Positions 1 through 14,838 of a stretch of DNA of 64,000 nt are shown piece after piece. The stretch is from positions 42,222,001 to 42,286,000 of the forward strand of contig OX597823.1 of NCBI GenBank assembly GCA_951406725.2. Reading direction: 5' to 3'. Source of the stretch: Octopus vulgaris. Its lineage: Eukaryota. Each line of letters starts with the position of its first letter. The stretch's first letter is position 1. The notes below the pieces were generated by a model that made no database searches, was not told the origin of the DNA, and was given only the letters and a program-made list of their open reading frames with translations. A program made the translations under genes and the position numbers.

Positions 1-2135
1 TCAAAATATTTAATTATAGAAGCAGACGTAGCCTTGTGGTCAAGAGGTTTGCCTCACAACTACATAGCTCTCAGTTCAATTCTAATGCACAGCAAATTAG
101 GTGTTCACTAACCAATGAAGAAGAAAAGGATAAAGTGATTGGCATTAGGCAGTGCAAACAGCCATAGAAACCGTGCCAAAGCTGACACTGGAGCCTAACA
201 CAGTCTTCCTACTGGTTGGTTCTTGTTGAAGCATCCTACCCATGCCAGCATAAAAGACAGATGTTAAACGATAATGATGATGATGATGATAAAGAAGATA
301 AATAATGAGTTGAAATAAATTACAAGAAATAACATGGAGAGATAATTAGAAATTCACGTGATCATATTGATTATCCTTCTCGTTTTCATTGTCTTCGGAG
401 TTTCATTTCCTTCCTTCTATCTGTCCATTCAAGACCGCAATCAATAGAACTAGTTCTTATACTAAACCGTGGTCATCATACCTGAGATTGATTCTGCAGA
501 GATCGATAGGATCAGAGGATGAGAATGTTTTAGCTTTACCATCTTCTTACATTATTGTACTTTAGGTTAGTAACATCCCCACCACCATAGTCATCACTCC
601 ACACACTTGCTAATTTTGCTTTCGTGCAATTCATTCTGACAACAGCTTTGTTGCAATTAGTGTGTTAGTGTTATGATTCACAACACGTATACCTAAATTT
701 TGTGCCATCGCCGACATTGGCTGTGGATTTATTGGTCCTGATGGCGTTACTGATCCTTTTGGATTGCACAAGGCAGATACATTCAGAGAATAATCACTTG
801 GGGAAGATACATGCCAAATTAATAAATTTAATGTCATTCAATCTCTTTGAACAGTGCTATTCACACACACACACGTTATATTATAGTACATTCTCCTACT
901 CTATATAGAGATATTAACCCATTCTTCATTCATTTATATATGTTTATACCTACAGATTTATATTTAACAATGGCTATAGGCACAAGCATAGCCATGTGGT
1001 TAAGGGTTTGTTAACAGAAACTAAAAGAAGCCTACCATTCATGTGTGTGTGTGTGTGTGTGTGAATGTATGTATGAGTGACAAGACGTAGAAATACTCAG
1101 GTTGGTGTCTAAGGGTACAGTAAGCCCCTGATCTTTGTTAAAATAACCTTCTAAGAGAAAGTTAACTTGCATAGAAAACCTGCTGCTATTCTGAGCTGGA
1201 TATCTTGCACTTTTCTTGTCTCTGAGATTTTTGTTATTGCTAGTGACAGTCGTTATGGTGTTGTGCAAGTCGTACTAGACCTAAGAGCTTGCACAGGTGT
1301 AGGCAACACTCACCAATGGTCATGCTCATCTAAGGAGTAGATTGTCGTCATGTATGTATAAGCCTGTATGTGTGTGCGTGTTCTTGCCTTATGATTGTGT
1401 GATAGTGAGCATCACTCATATGATTGGCGTCATTCCTTTCCAGTCTTTCATAAAAATTTGTTTGGCCAAGGGGAGTAATTACCTTACTTGGAAACATCTT
1501 TAAGCTTACATCATAATCTTACATCATTATCCTCATTGTTTTAATACCAGATGGAATTTAATGAGACACATTTTCTACAGCAGGCTGGCCTTCCTGTTCC
1601 CAGTCATCACTTGTTTCCAAACAATATAACAATTGAACATTTTCACTGAAGATTGGAAACAGATGACACTGCTTGAATAACGGTGACACTCATTTACAAA
1701 TACCATATGGTGTCTTGACAGAGGCACAAACACACACACACATACAACATGAGGATGGAGGATAACGGGCTTTAATTGCAGATCACAACATTTGTCTCTG
1801 CACCACACACCAGCTTTAAATTGCTGAGTTTATATTCAACAATCTTTATGAATGAACATTCTTTATAATGCTGTATTATAGTGTTATATTATCCTTGTAA
1901 TAGTCTAATGTAAAAATGAGTTTCACATGTGTATCTGGCCCTGGAATATTCTCCAACATACGATATGTGGTAGCCAAGTAACAACATAAGAGCTCTTATA
2001 TGCATGTTATAAGGTTCTCACTCACGTGCTTGTATATGTATATATGTATGGCAGGCCTCTTTCAATTTATATCTACTAAATCCTTTTGCAGGGCTTTCAT
2101 GATCATCAGGCTATAGAAGAAGACCCTTGCCCAAG

Positions 2136-2439
2136 GTAGTTTGTTCCTTCTCGAGCCATGCCTGGCTCATAAGGGCCAGTTTCCTGGTTTCCTTGGGGTA
2201 TAGGTTCCCCACCTGGATGGGACACCAGTCCGTTGCTGGTGAGCTGCAAGATGCAGGAGGAAAGAGTGAGAGAAAGTTGTGGTGAAAGAGTCAGCAGAAG
2301 TTTGCCATTACCTTCTGCCGGAGCTGCGTGGTGCTTCGGTGTTTCGCTCATAAACACATACATTGCCCGGTCTGAGATTCCAACCCGCGATCCCTCAACC
2401 GCGAGTCCGCTGCTCTAACCACTAGGCCATGTGCCTCCA
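2136..2439 (-). mobile_element. tRNA-derived SINE nested in another SINE; relatives at about 6175-6402, 22555-22845 and 38638-38790
   Basis: Minus-strand head GGAGGCACATGGCCTAGTGGTTAGAGCAGCGGACTCGC (A box). A 12-bp TSD CCCTTGCCCAAG at 2124-2135 and 2440-2451 splits a host SINE at about 2055-2530. Confidence 0.85.
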
Positions 2440-4412
2440 CCCTTGCCCAAGTTACCACAGTGGGACTGAACTTGAAATTGCAGTGTTATGCAGCAAACAT
2501 CCTAACAATGCAGCTATACCTGCGCCTCTATTGATTTCTGATATTTGCAGAATAACCACTGTTCTGTTGTTCTGTTCAGAAGACATAGAATAGATCAAAT
2601 CTATCCAAGTTTATTACTAGTATTCAGTTTTACCAGCTTCAAGGAGATGTAGGATATAGTTGATCTCAACAAAATTTGAACTCAGAACGTTAGGTGAAAA
2701 ACTAATTGCTACAAGACATTTAGTTCAGCATTTCTGCCTACACTACCAACTTCTCTTCTACAACAACAACAACAACAGCAATAATAATAATAATAATGCA
2801 TATAATCAAAAGCGTTTCAAACAAATTACACACTATATAACCTACGGCCCTCAGGAGATTAAATTGGTGAGATATATAGTGAAATGCTGCATTGAAAATA
2901 ATAATAATAATAATAATAATGATAATAATAATAATAATAATGATAATCCACAAGCCAGACAGAAATGTACAAAAATAGATGAAATTCATATGGAACATAC
3001 AAACATACATGCAATTATTTCAAGTTCGAATTGTTAGGGAAAAAATATACATAACATAATAGCCACAACAGCTATGACAATAATATTATTATTAATAATA
3101 ATAATAATAATAACGATATGATGATGATAATAATAATAATAATGATAATAATATGTAAAATATTAAATGTCAAATATAAAAAATGTTTATTTCTCATATA
3201 TATTTATATATATATATTTTATTGTTTTTTGTGAGTATTTTTCTCCTTTCATGTATAAATTTAGATATACCACAAAAATAGAAATATAAAATGTATATCT
3301 ATTTCCTATGATGTTTTGTCGATTTGATTTGTAATAAGTTATATCATATATTTATATTTACATATATATATATATAAATATATATATATATGTAAATATA
3401 AATATATATATATATATGCATGCATGTATATATACACACACGTACATATATATTATTATTATTGTGTGTGTATATGTATATATATATAAGCATGCATATA
3501 TAATCACTTGTAGATAACATTCTCTCTCAATTTCTTTCTCATTTTACTGTATTTTCCATATATTTTCTGTATTTTCTGGTACATTTGTTTTGTTTCTTTT
3601 ATCCAAAAGAGTCCTTCAAATTATTTATGTATTTGTTTAGCTGTTTAATTAAATTTCTCTTTGTTATATATAGACACAATATATCTGTGTGTGAGTTAGT
3701 TTCTATGAATATTTATCTCTACATATATGTACGACTATATATATATATATATATATGATGAATAGTGTTGAATATTGGAGTACTGAACTTAATAAATACA
3801 ACCAATCCATTTGTGCATACACAAGTAGATTTCTGCCAAATTTTTAGTATAGTTAAGTGAGTGTCTGCTTGCATTTATGTGTTTGTATGTGTCAGTTAGT
3901 ACATGCATTTGTGTGTCTTTTATATGGAGTAACTTCAATGATTTCTAAGGGTAACGCTAGTTTCATGTTCAAGTTAAGCTGTTTGGTTTGGTTTGGGGTA
4001 AATTTGGGGTCTCATTGATTCATTTAAGCATTGGACAAGACGTTAATTTTCAAATGTGTTGAGTGCTTTCAATTGCTGAATTTAGCAGTAAACAAACTAT
4101 ACATATGTTAGAATGCTTATCCACCACAGTTGTGGCCTGGGTTCATTTCATGGCTCTTCCTTTCCCTTTCCCTCTCTCTCTCTTCCTCTCCCTCTCTCTC
4201 TTCCTCCCCCCCCTCTTTCTCTCTCAAGCTGAGATTTTCAAATAATCACCGAGAAACCTCAGTTTTGAATCAATTTATAAGCTATAATCCGTGATTGAGT
4301 CCTTTTTCCTCTCATTTGTTAATGAAAACAGACACACAAAGCTGATGTGTATATAAGTATAGGAGAGTATTGTAGTTCGCTTGAAGCATTGTGTATTGCT
4401 TTTGAATGGTAC

Positions 4413-4703
4413 AGTTTTGAATGGTACAACAATGCACTATAGTACAAACTATGGGCTACATACCTGTTGTAATTTAGTCATCCTTAGTCTGATATGATAT
4501 TTTGGAATAAAATTCCTTCTTCAGATATTCTTAGATGAAGTCACTGCTATAATCAGTTTTCCAACGGTTAGTAGCGACTCCATCTAAGAATATCTGAAGA
4601 AGGAATTTTATTCCGAAATATTATCAGACTATAGATGATGAAATTACAACAGGTATATAGCCCATTGTTTGTATTATAGTGCATTGTTGTACCATTCAAA
4701 ACT
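4413..4703. mobile_element. Foldback element with a minimal hammerhead-like core in each arm
   Basis: Inverted arms of about 135 bp (agttttgaatggtacaac...gttgtaccattcaaaact). The + arm at 4594 reads CTGAAGA A GGAAT-TTT-ATTCC GAAATATT; the - arm has the same motif with AAAAT. Confidence 0.75.
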
Positions 4704-6755
4704 TTTTATTCTTTATAAATATAATTTCCCTAGTTGTTAATTTCACTTTCAGAGTATAAAACATGTACAATGTGTGTGTGTGTGTGTGTGGGTTTGTATA
4801 TGTGTTTCATCATCATTTAACATCTGTCTTTCATGTTGGAATAGGTTGGATGGGTCATTCCAGCCACCCACAACTTATCTTATTTCTAGATATGTAATGT
4901 AAAAGGTGCCAAACTGGATACAAACTAACAATCACCTGGGGAAAAACCCATTTATATCTACATATTCAGGAATAAGATATCTGATGGTAATGGAGATCAA
5001 AATATAGTGTACATATTAATATTGTAAATATACTTTCTAAACAAAGTAGATAATCTAAGAAGATATGATAATCTTTATAACAACAATTTAACTCAGACAT
5101 TCAGATATCTTAGGATTTGTAGACTTACTTCAATCTTTTTGCAATTCTTTATATTACCTTTGTGCACTTGTAAAGCAATTGTTTTGGTTTTCAATATTTT
5201 TTATCTTCCGTACATTTCTGTGATGATTCAGTGTGTATATTTAGTGTATATTTAGTGTTTGTACATTAAATGCATGTCTTGAAAGCTTGTTTACCAAATT
5301 TGACACAGACTTATGTTCAGTGTCAATGAAATTTTTCATCCAGCGTTCATCATCAAAGTGAGTTGTATGTTAGTATAATGTATAGAAGTAAAGTGGTGAA
5401 CTGGCAATATCGTTAGCATGCTGGAGAAAATGCTTAGTGGTATTTCATTCATTTTTATGTTCTGAGTTTAATTCCACCAAGGTTTACTTTGCCTTTCATT
5501 CTCTTGGCGTCAATAAAATAAGTGCCAACTGGGCAAATGGGTTGATGTAATCAACTTATCCCCTCCCCTGAACTTGCTGGCCTTGTGCCACAATTTGAAA
5601 CCAAGAGATTGGGGATCTGAAGTTAGAGTATAAAGCATAAAAACTTCCAGTAGTCAGTATTGACCCCTGAGGGTTTTATGTGGCTCTGTGAAGATTTAAT
5701 AAATACTTGAAATTATTTTGAAACACATTCTCTATTAAATATTCAAAGATATATCAATATGATATGACTGAAACTTTATGGTTCCCTTCCAATTTCATTA
5801 TGTGGCTCAAAATGTTTATTTTTAAAAAGTAATTATGAAATGAAAGAAGGTTTTTAAGTCAAGAAATGTTTTATTAATTACACTTCTAAATTTTATTTTA
5901 GAACTTCACATGTTTGGGTGGCAATAAGTTATTAATGATTTCATGAAGAGACAGACCAATGATATAAGAAATTTGCCAAACCCTGGTATAAAGTATAAGT
6001 TGTAGATGAATTACTATAAAGGGAAATATTCTTCTCTTGTAAAACATGTAAATATTGTCAGGTTTTCAGTGATAAAAGGTCTCAATAAAGAATGTTGGTA
6101 TTTATTTTATATATTTATGTTTGCATTTCTTTAACTGTTTAGTTCTATGTGTGTGGTTAATAAAGGTTACCTTCATTAGTCATGCTGACTTATAAGCCTG
6201 GTTTCCATGACATATAAATTCCCCACCTGGATGGATAGGATGCCAGTCCATTGTAGGTTTTACTCATTTTTGCCAGCCAAGTGGACTGGAGCAACAGGAA
6301 ATGAAGCGTTTTCGCCCAAGAACAGAACGTCCAGTCCAGGAATCAAAGCCTCAATCTTACAGTCATGAGTCCGACACCCTAACCACTGAGCCATGTGCCT
6401 CCTGTGAGGGTAATAGTCCTGGCTCTTTTGTAAGACCTCTCAAAACAAGTGAGATTGATGCATTTGTGGTTGACTGTTTGCACTCCACTCCATCCCTACC
6501 TCACCACCACCACCACCACCACCACCACACCAAAGGAAATGGAGGGAATTTCAGAAGAAAATTCTATCTGATGGAAGGAGGATAGGATTTATAGAAGTGT
6601 TAAATGCACAGAATAGAAATTATACAAGGTGAAACTGGATTTTTTAACAATTTGTATTATACCATTTGCTGTGGACTGGTAGACATTTTGAAATTTACTA
6701 TATTGGTTCTTTCATTCCTTGTATTACATTTTAACATGCCATTCTCTAAAAAAAG

Positions 6756-6786
<31 letters not shown>

Positions 6787-7504
6787 AAACAAGGTTGTAA
6801 TATTCAGTTGTTTTTTACTCATGCATTGAAGTTTTCATAGCCATTACATTGGTACAAGTTCTCTTCTTGGGTTAGATTCCATGAACAAAGTCCAGGTCAC
6901 TATTTCTATTTTTGGAATTAAATTTTTAAATTGTTGGAAGATTTATTTTGTTCGTATTCCTTCTTCTTGTCATATAATATTTATTGTCTGACACGGATGT
7001 TTAAATTCGACTAGACTTACAGGCTTTATATATGTATATATTATTATACATTAGTGTGGTCAGTCAAACTTCTCTGTTTTCTTTCACACCAGCCGGAGAC
7101 TTTCGGCCTCAAATCCTCAGCCATCATAAATCTTTTATTAGGAATTATGTTTTATGACTCACATAAAAATATTTTTTTCCATGTTATTTAATATTCAACT
7201 TTTTATTCTTTGATTACTCATACATACGCACACACATACAGACACTCATACAAGTGCATGTATGCATGTGCACACACAGACACACACACACATCTAATAT
7301 CTTTGAATTGTGACCTCAGTCAAAACTAGCCTCTACCACATCATATAACCATTTACAATACAAATTATTTTTTTACATTATATATCATCATCTATATATA
7401 ACGGCCATCTTCTATGCTGGCATGGGTTTCACAGTTAGGAAGATCTGACAAACCAGAGGACATTAAATGATGATAATGATAACAATGATATATATTGAGA
7501 GAGA

Positions 7505-7542
<38 letters not shown>

Positions 7543-8266
7543 AATATATCACTGAGAAAGCAAACTTAAGCTGAAACACTAGTGTATGATAATCTGCTGA
7601 TGTTATTTGCTGCGTGTTTCTACATACATTGTCTCTAGTCAATTTGTTCTCCAAGATATGTTTGTGTGCATGCATGCATGTATAATTATATGTGTGTGTG
7701 AGTAGCATGTAGAACACTTCCCTAAAGTGTTTGTTCTCAGCTCTATGATTGATATATAAAGTTTTATAAGTTTTAGCAGTTCTGTTTCAATCAACTAATC
7801 TGCAATACCCATGTTTTTTATTTTCTTGTTTTGTTTTTCCTCCCCATCTTAAACATTAAGTTACTAAATAATATTTTCTCCACAACAAAATCCTTTGCCT
7901 GAATAATGTCAATAGTGACTCTTTATATTGTTAAATGTATATAATATATATGTATATTGTATTGTCTATCATTTTTTTCTCTTAATATCTTCCTTGCAGA
8001 TGTCTTGTGATCATACGTATCTTAAAACCTACTCTGAGATTTGGCAATAAAAATCTTTTTCTTTCCCTACCAGAGCTAAATGGTTACTATTTACTAGTCT
8101 TTATGTTAAATCAATGTACTATTTTCTCTTTTTTTTTGCTGTATATTTGTTTAGTTTTTACTTCATTTTTCTGTTTCTATTTACAGTTCTTTCATCTAAA
8201 TATTTAAAGTGTGTTTCATTGTAAGCAACAGATACACTCCCTTGCTTTTTTTTTCCATTATTTCAG

Positions 8267-8351
8267 AAACTAACTGTGGTTTACCAGGTCCTTTGAGGAA
8301 TGGCTATTTAGATGGACATCGTACAACTGTAGGAGCTGTATTTTTCTTCAG
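8267..8351 (+). CDS. Internal exon (85 nt, phase 1 to 2) of a multi-Sushi/CCP-domain protein; first half of a CCP module
   Basis: Polypyrimidine tract plus tttcAG acceptor and AG|gtaatt donor. Translates xTNCGLPGPLRNGYLDGHRTTVGAVFFFR, matching the CCP pattern C-x-x-P...NG...G....F.C, and splices in frame to 16362. Confidence 0.9.
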
Positions 8352-8444
8352 GTAATTATTCAAAATACAAGAGAAAGAGAGAGAGTGAAGGTGACAGAGA
8401 GAGAAGGAAGACAGACAAATACTGATATGTGTGTGTGTTTTAAT

Positions 8445-8690
8445 ATTTCACTCAGGCATTGCAAGACTAATAACTTGATGTAGAACTCAATACATGTATG
8501 CTTCAGAACAAAGCATAAATCAAGTACAGAGCAGCAATAAGGAAATGAGATGACAAGGGGATAACCGATTATCTTATGAGCTTCATTAGCTTACAGTTGT
8601 TTCTGCTGTAAGATGCAGTGAACTTGTAGTTGAGTACCTGAGTGACACTTTATAACTTCATCAGAGCCTCTAATTCTATTTTCATTTGCA
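8445..8690 (-). mobile_element. Hammerhead-bearing short retroelement; a truncated paralogue lies at about 14536-14663
   Basis: 8447-8574 aligns with 14536-14663 (caggcattgcaaga...tagaactcaat...tatgcttcaga) and the element contains the 8589-8667 ribozyme. Confidence 0.6.
8589..8667 (-). ncRNA. Type I hammerhead ribozyme with a long, imperfect stem II
   Basis: Minus strand reads GCT CTGATGA AGTTATAAAGTG...GCATCTTACAGCA GAAACAACTGTA^AGC. Confidence 0.65.
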
Positions 8691-8986
8691 TATTACTGGG
8701 CTGAAACCATGCTGGGATAATGCCTTGAAGGATTTTATCCCCCCAAAAAATCAACCCCAGTATTTGTGGCTTCTTTTTTTTTTTTTTGTAAGTCTGCTAC
8801 TTATTGTCACTCACATTTACCATATCATTAAGTTATGGGGACATAAACAAACCAACACCAGTTGTCAAGTGATGGGAGGGTGACAAACAAGACACAAAGA
8901 CACACACATAAACATATATAAATATGTATGTATATATGTATATATATATATATACACACACACACATATATACATACATACACATG

Positions 8987-9034
<48 letters not shown>

Positions 9035-10288
9035 GACACACTGAATGGGCTTCCAAATAGTTTCCATCTAACAAATTCACTTACGTGACACTGATCAGTC
9101 TGAGGTTTTAGTAGAAAACAGATGTACAGTGGGACTGAAACCAAACCATCTGGCTGCAAAGCAAGCTTCTTATCCACACAGCCAGGCCTGAGCCTATGTC
9201 TGTCTGTCACACACACACACATGTAAGGTGATTGGTGTTAGGAAGTCATTAAAACCCTGCTAATACAGACATTGCAGTCTTCTGCCTAGCCAGCTCCTGT
9301 CAAACTGCCCCAGCCCATGCTAGCATGGAAAACAGACGTTAGATTACAGTGATGATGACAATAAAGATACACACACACTGACAGACAGAGATAAATAAAG
9401 AGACAAAGTTTGAGACAGAGGCATAATATAAATGAACTACATAGAAATAAAGTGACTGCAATTCAGGTAAAAGAAAAGAAAGAAAATTTTCATCATGCCT
9501 TTAGATTCACTTTCTCTCCTTTGGTCAAATAATTCTTTTGCTTGTATTTTACTTCAAATGAATTCATGCTGTCTGTCCTTATATAATATGCAAGGACAGT
9601 GGCAACATTAATGAAGATTTCAATGTTTTATTACTTACATAGAATGCAACACAATTTTCATTTACAATATCGTGTTTGGAGTCTTTTGTTTGTTGTTATT
9701 GACAGTTTGATTCACAAATTCATTTGAACATTAAAATCCACTCTCAGAATATTCTATCTGATTCTTCTATTTTATTTGCAGTCTCATTTTATTATTGTAG
9801 TCAAAGATTTGTATGTCCCGGCTCTAATGCCAAATAATAATGCATTGGCATTATTTTTGATATCCTTAAACTCCTGTCAAAGACAGCTTTAATCTCTTTG
9901 CCCTTTTGGGAGCCAGCCATATACTGTAAGGTTAGGGTGAACAATAGAATAATATTTAAAATGATGCCAGAGATGGTTGGCTGAAAAATATTCTGTTAGT
10001 GAGAAACACCAGGCCACACTTAGCACAGGAAAATGGACATTAAAATGATCATAAAATGATATCATTTATCTTGTATGAATTTCAGTCATTGGACTACAGC
10101 CATGCTGGGGCACCAACTTGAAAAATTTTAGTTCAACAAATCAACCCCAGTACTTATTTGATATTTAAATTGAGTATTAAATCTATTGGTCTTTTTTGCT
10201 GAACCTCTAAGTCACAAGTATATAAGCCAACACCAGTTGTCAAGCACTGGAGTGACAATTGGAATCACACAGACATATACTTATTTGT

Positions 10289-10319
<31 letters not shown>

Positions 10320-10489
10320 TGTAGTGGGCTTCTTTCATCTTCCATCTACCTAATCTATTCACAAGGCTTTGGTTGATCAGGGCTATTAATAGAAGATACT
10401 TGCCCAAAGGACCATGCAGTGGGACTGAGTCCAAAACCATGTGGTTGGGAAGAAAACTTCTTACCCCACAGCCAATAATAACAATGCTT

Positions 10490-11026
10490 CTAGTACGTGG
10501 CCAGTACTTCATTTTATATACTTCAATTGTATTTTAAGTGCTTGATTGGTACAGTATTTTAATGACTTCAAAAGGATGGAAGGCCAACTTGAACGTGGCA
10601 GAATTTGAACTCCACCATCTTACTAATAATAATTGTTTCTAATGTAGGTACAAAGTCAGAGAATTTAAGGTGAGGGGGTTAGTTGATATTGACTGCAGTA
10701 TTTTATTGGTACTTTATTTTGATCAACCCTGATAGGATATATGACAAAATTGATCTCGGCAGGATTTGAACTCAGAATGTGATAATAATCCTTACTAAAT
10801 TTCGGCATAATGCTAACAAATTTAGGGAAAGGGATAAGTCAATTACATGGACCCTAGCACTCAAATGGTACTTATTTTATTGACACTGAGAAGATGACAG
10901 GCAAATCTGACCTCAGAATTTCAACTCAAGACAGAAACGAGACAGAAGTAATGTTACTAAGCATTATATGTGACATACTAATGGTTCTGCCAGCCTGCCA
11001 CCTTCGATGATGATGATGATGATGAT

Positions 11027-11084
<58 letters not shown>

Positions 11085-12071
11085 GATAACCTTCCTACTA
11101 AAGGTACAAGACCTGAAATTTGGGGGTAGGAGAATAGTTGATTACATCGAATCACTGATACTTGATTTATTGATACCAAAAGTATGAAAGGCAAAGTTGA
11201 CCTCAGCGAAATTTGAACTTAGAACATGAAGACAGACGAAATACTGCTAAGCATTTTGCCCAGTGTGCTAACAATTCTGCCAGCTTGCCACCTTAATAAT
11301 GACGATGATGATGATGATGATAATGTCCTAATTCAGTACCAGGCAGTGACTTTCATGGCTTCTTATCTTGATTGACTGGAAGTGTTAACATGTACATGTT
11401 TTGTGTTGCTTTAAAAAGATGAGCTATGACCAATTGACCATGTCCTTTAGTGGCTGACAATATGTGCATCTCTGATCACAAACAGGAGTTGTGTGTGAGA
11501 GCATCATAGCCATGTGTTGAGAGGAATTCTTTGAGGTTTGGATACTTCACTCCTGGAAACATGGATGTTTCTTTCAACAACCTTAAACAACCGTTATTCA
11601 GGGACTTTTTGAATGGGACAGGCTACTCAACCTGAAGAAAATTCTAATTGGGTCCCACTTGCAAGATCTTGCACTATTTATCTTGATATGAGATCACCAT
11701 GTTACACACATATTGTTGTGATGCATGTGCCTCGTGTACTCTTATCAGACAGGTAGTCTTCATGGGTATATTGGGCTTCATATATTTGTACCCCAGTGTC
11801 ATTTTGATGGTACACACTGTTCTTTCATTCAATAGTAATAATAATAATGATGATGATGATGATGGGTTCAATTTTTGCACAGTACTTTTGGTGGGAAGGA
11901 GACAGTCAATTATGTTGACCCCAGTACCTAACTGATACTATTTTTTCAACCCCGAAAGGATGAAAGACAAAGTCGACCTTGGCAAAATTTGAACTAAGAA
12001 AGTAAACAGCTTGAAGAAATGCCACTAAGCATTTTGTCCAACATGCTAATGGTACTGGTAGCTCACCACCT
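10490..12071 (-). mobile_element. Cluster of head-to-tail family B SINEs separated by (TAA)/(TGA)n, with a LINE-like insert at about 11325-11830
   Basis: Repeated gaatttgaactcagaa B-box motif at about 10600, 10765, 10918, 11210 and 11986. Confidence 0.7.
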
Positions 12072-12082
12072 TCATTGATATA

Positions 12083-12114
<32 letters not shown>

Positions 12115-12608
12115 CAGTGAACATACTGATGGATAACAAAGTTTTATTGATCAAGTCTAGGCATAATAGCTATCCTCTATATTCCTTTACAAGATAGTCT
12201 GTGAATATTAAATCTATTACTAAGTTTAGTCTAGACAAAAACATCAGAAACAAAATTAAACAGAAGGCTGCTAATTTATTAGTTCTATAACAATGCTCCT
12301 ACATACTGTGTTATTCAACATTTATAACATTACAATGTTCTCGGCTTTCTTTTTCATATCATTAGCTTTCATGTTTGGCAAAAGTGATTCCGTTGTTTGT
12401 GTTGTTATTCTAAATTCTTCTACTCATGAATATTACAGAAAATATTTTGACTGAATATTAATATAGACAGGAGATGTTAATTAGACAAACCTGAGTTTAG
12501 AATGTTAACATGTTATTCATGAACTCTAGGCCTTCACTAAATATATAATCAATGTATATATATATATACAGATAGATAGATAGATTGATAGATAGATATA
12601 CATATATG

Positions 12609-12642
<34 letters not shown>

Positions 12643-13161
12643 CACACATATATATATATAAAGACATGTACATACACAAATATATGCTCACATGCATATA
12701 CATACATATATATATACACACACACCCATGCACACACACACACACACACACATATCAGGCACATGCCATGAGTAATTACTCAAGGTAGGCAGTTGGTAAT
12801 GTTTACGTAGTAAAATGCAAAAAAATAAGCAAAACACAGGTGTGCAACTGAGTTTGAGGCAGATTTACTTCTGCCTTTATAGTATGTTAAGAAAAAAGTG
12901 GTTGTAGGAGTGTATACAGCATGTGTACTACAGCAGTACTATGTGTAGCTTTAATACTAAAATTGAAAGGCAGGGGCAAATTATGCCTACCTAATCTACA
13001 AAAAAAAAATATATATTTTGCATTTTATTCATAATAATCGGAGTAACCTACATAATTTTATTGAACTAGGTGCATATTTTGCCATAAAAGCAAAATGTTA
13101 CAATCGACCTATTTCATTCAGGGTAGGCACTGCCTACCTTGCCTACCCAGGCAGCACGTCA

Positions 13162-13193
<32 letters not shown>

Positions 13194-13203
<10 letters not shown>

Positions 13204-13472
13204 GAAATGAGGTATTTAGAAATCTGGATGGTTTTATATTTACAGATATTTATTAGTATGTTACATGTTTTTATAAATCATATATCATACAATAGCGCTT
13301 CTGTCCTCTCTAGTGGAGTTTTCAAATTCTGAAAGCACTAATATATGATATATGATTTATAAAAACATGTAACATATTAATAAATATCTGTAAATATAAA
13401 ACCATCCAGATATCTGAGTACATCATTTCTTCTAATATATAATACCTGTACATCATCTCCAAACCTTTTAAT
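13194..13472. mobile_element. Foldback element in (TA)n with ~105-bp arms and an unpaired tail
   Basis: tattagaagaaatga...tcatttcttctaata inverted arms with a ~30-nt tail; only an AAAACATGTA stem III-like remnant is visible. Confidence 0.7.
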
Positions 13473-13540
13473 ATATATATATATATATATACTGGTACAC
13501 CGGCGATTATAATTAATTTTATTGTATCGCATTTATCTTT

Positions 13541-13579
<39 letters not shown>

Positions 13580-13582
<3 letters not shown>

Positions 13583-14025
13583 TCATCATTGTTTAACGTC
13601 CGCTTTCCATGCTAGCATGGGTTGGACGAATGACTGAGGGCTGGCAAACTAGATGGCTTCACCAAGCTTCAATCTTGATCTGGCAGAGTTTCTATAGATG
13701 GATGCCCTTCCTAATGCCAACCACTCTGAGAGTGTAGTGGGTACTTTTATGTGCCACCAGCACGGGGCCAGTCAGGCAGTACTGGCAACGACCTCACTCG
13801 AATCTTTTACACATGCCACCGGCACAGGTGCCAGTAAGGCGATGCTGGTAACAATCACGCTCGAATGGTGTCTTTTACGTGCCACCGGCACAGAGGTCAC
13901 ATAGCCACTCTGGCAACGATCACGCTCGGATGGTGCTCTTAATACCCTACTAGCACAGGGCTCTAGTGCCAGGAGGGCGACGCTGGTAACGATCACACTC
14001 GGTTGGTGCCTTTTAAGTGCCACTA
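13580..14025. repeat. (CAT)n-tailed dispersed repeat containing a 62-66 bp GC-rich minisatellite (about 4 units)
   Basis: catcatcattgtttaacgtccgctttccatgctagcatggg end shared with 15370, 18960 and 42857; tgccacc(a/g)gcac recurs at 13752, 13814 and 13880. Confidence 0.7.
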
Positions 14026-14777
14026 TACATACACACACATACATGCACATATATATGTACATATACACACGCACATACATATATATACGGTGCAGACATG
14101 GCTGTTTGTTTAGTAGTTTGCTTCCCAACCACACAGTTACAGGGTTCAGTACCACTGCATGGTAGCTTGGGCAAAAGTATTTTATGAATGTTCCAGGCCA
14201 ACTAAAGCTTTGTAAGTGGTTTGATTTGGTTGACAAAAACTATTAGAAGTTCATCGTGTACATGAGTGTGTGTGTGTATGTTTGTTTTATTTTACTGATA
14301 TATGTTAGTCGTAAATGAGTGTCTTGTCGCACAAGCAGTGTTATTCACTTCCAATAATCTGAAAAAAACATGTCTCGCCATAGATATGTTCTCTTGCTTG
14401 GAAAGAGGTGAGGGTTGATGACAGAATGGTGCTGTAGAATAATAGCCTCAACAAATTTTGTCTGACCCATAAAAGCATAGAAAAGAGACATTAAAGCAAT
14501 GATATATGTATGTGTCTACTTATTTGTTTTAATCTGTCACTTAGGCATTGCAAGATTAATGACTGACTGTAGAACTCAATATACATATGCTTCAGAGTGA
14601 AGCGTTAGTTGAGTGCAGTGCAATAATAATGAAATAAGATGTCAAGGGAATAAACAATTATCTGAAGTCCATAAGATAATCATTTATTCTTTGGTCATCT
14701 TATCTTATGTATGTACGTATGTTTATCTGAGTACATATATTTGTGTGTGTGTGTGTGTGTGTGTATGTATAAGTATG

Positions 14778-14817
<40 letters not shown>

Positions 14818-14838
14818 CATTTTAAATACACAACCAAA

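Noticed and set aside
2092-2110. Minus-strand CTGATGA TCAT GAAA
   Set aside because: There is no room for stem II, and it lies in a decayed SINE.
2360-2439. tRNA-like A/B boxes here and in many other copies
   Set aside because: These are SINE heads that continue into SINE bodies with a TSD, not tRNA genes.
7094-7132. Minus-strand TTTATGA TGGC...GCC GAAAGTC, and a similar CAGATGA GCTGTGA...TTACAGC at about 37214
   Set aside because: There are too many core mismatches to call these ribozymes.
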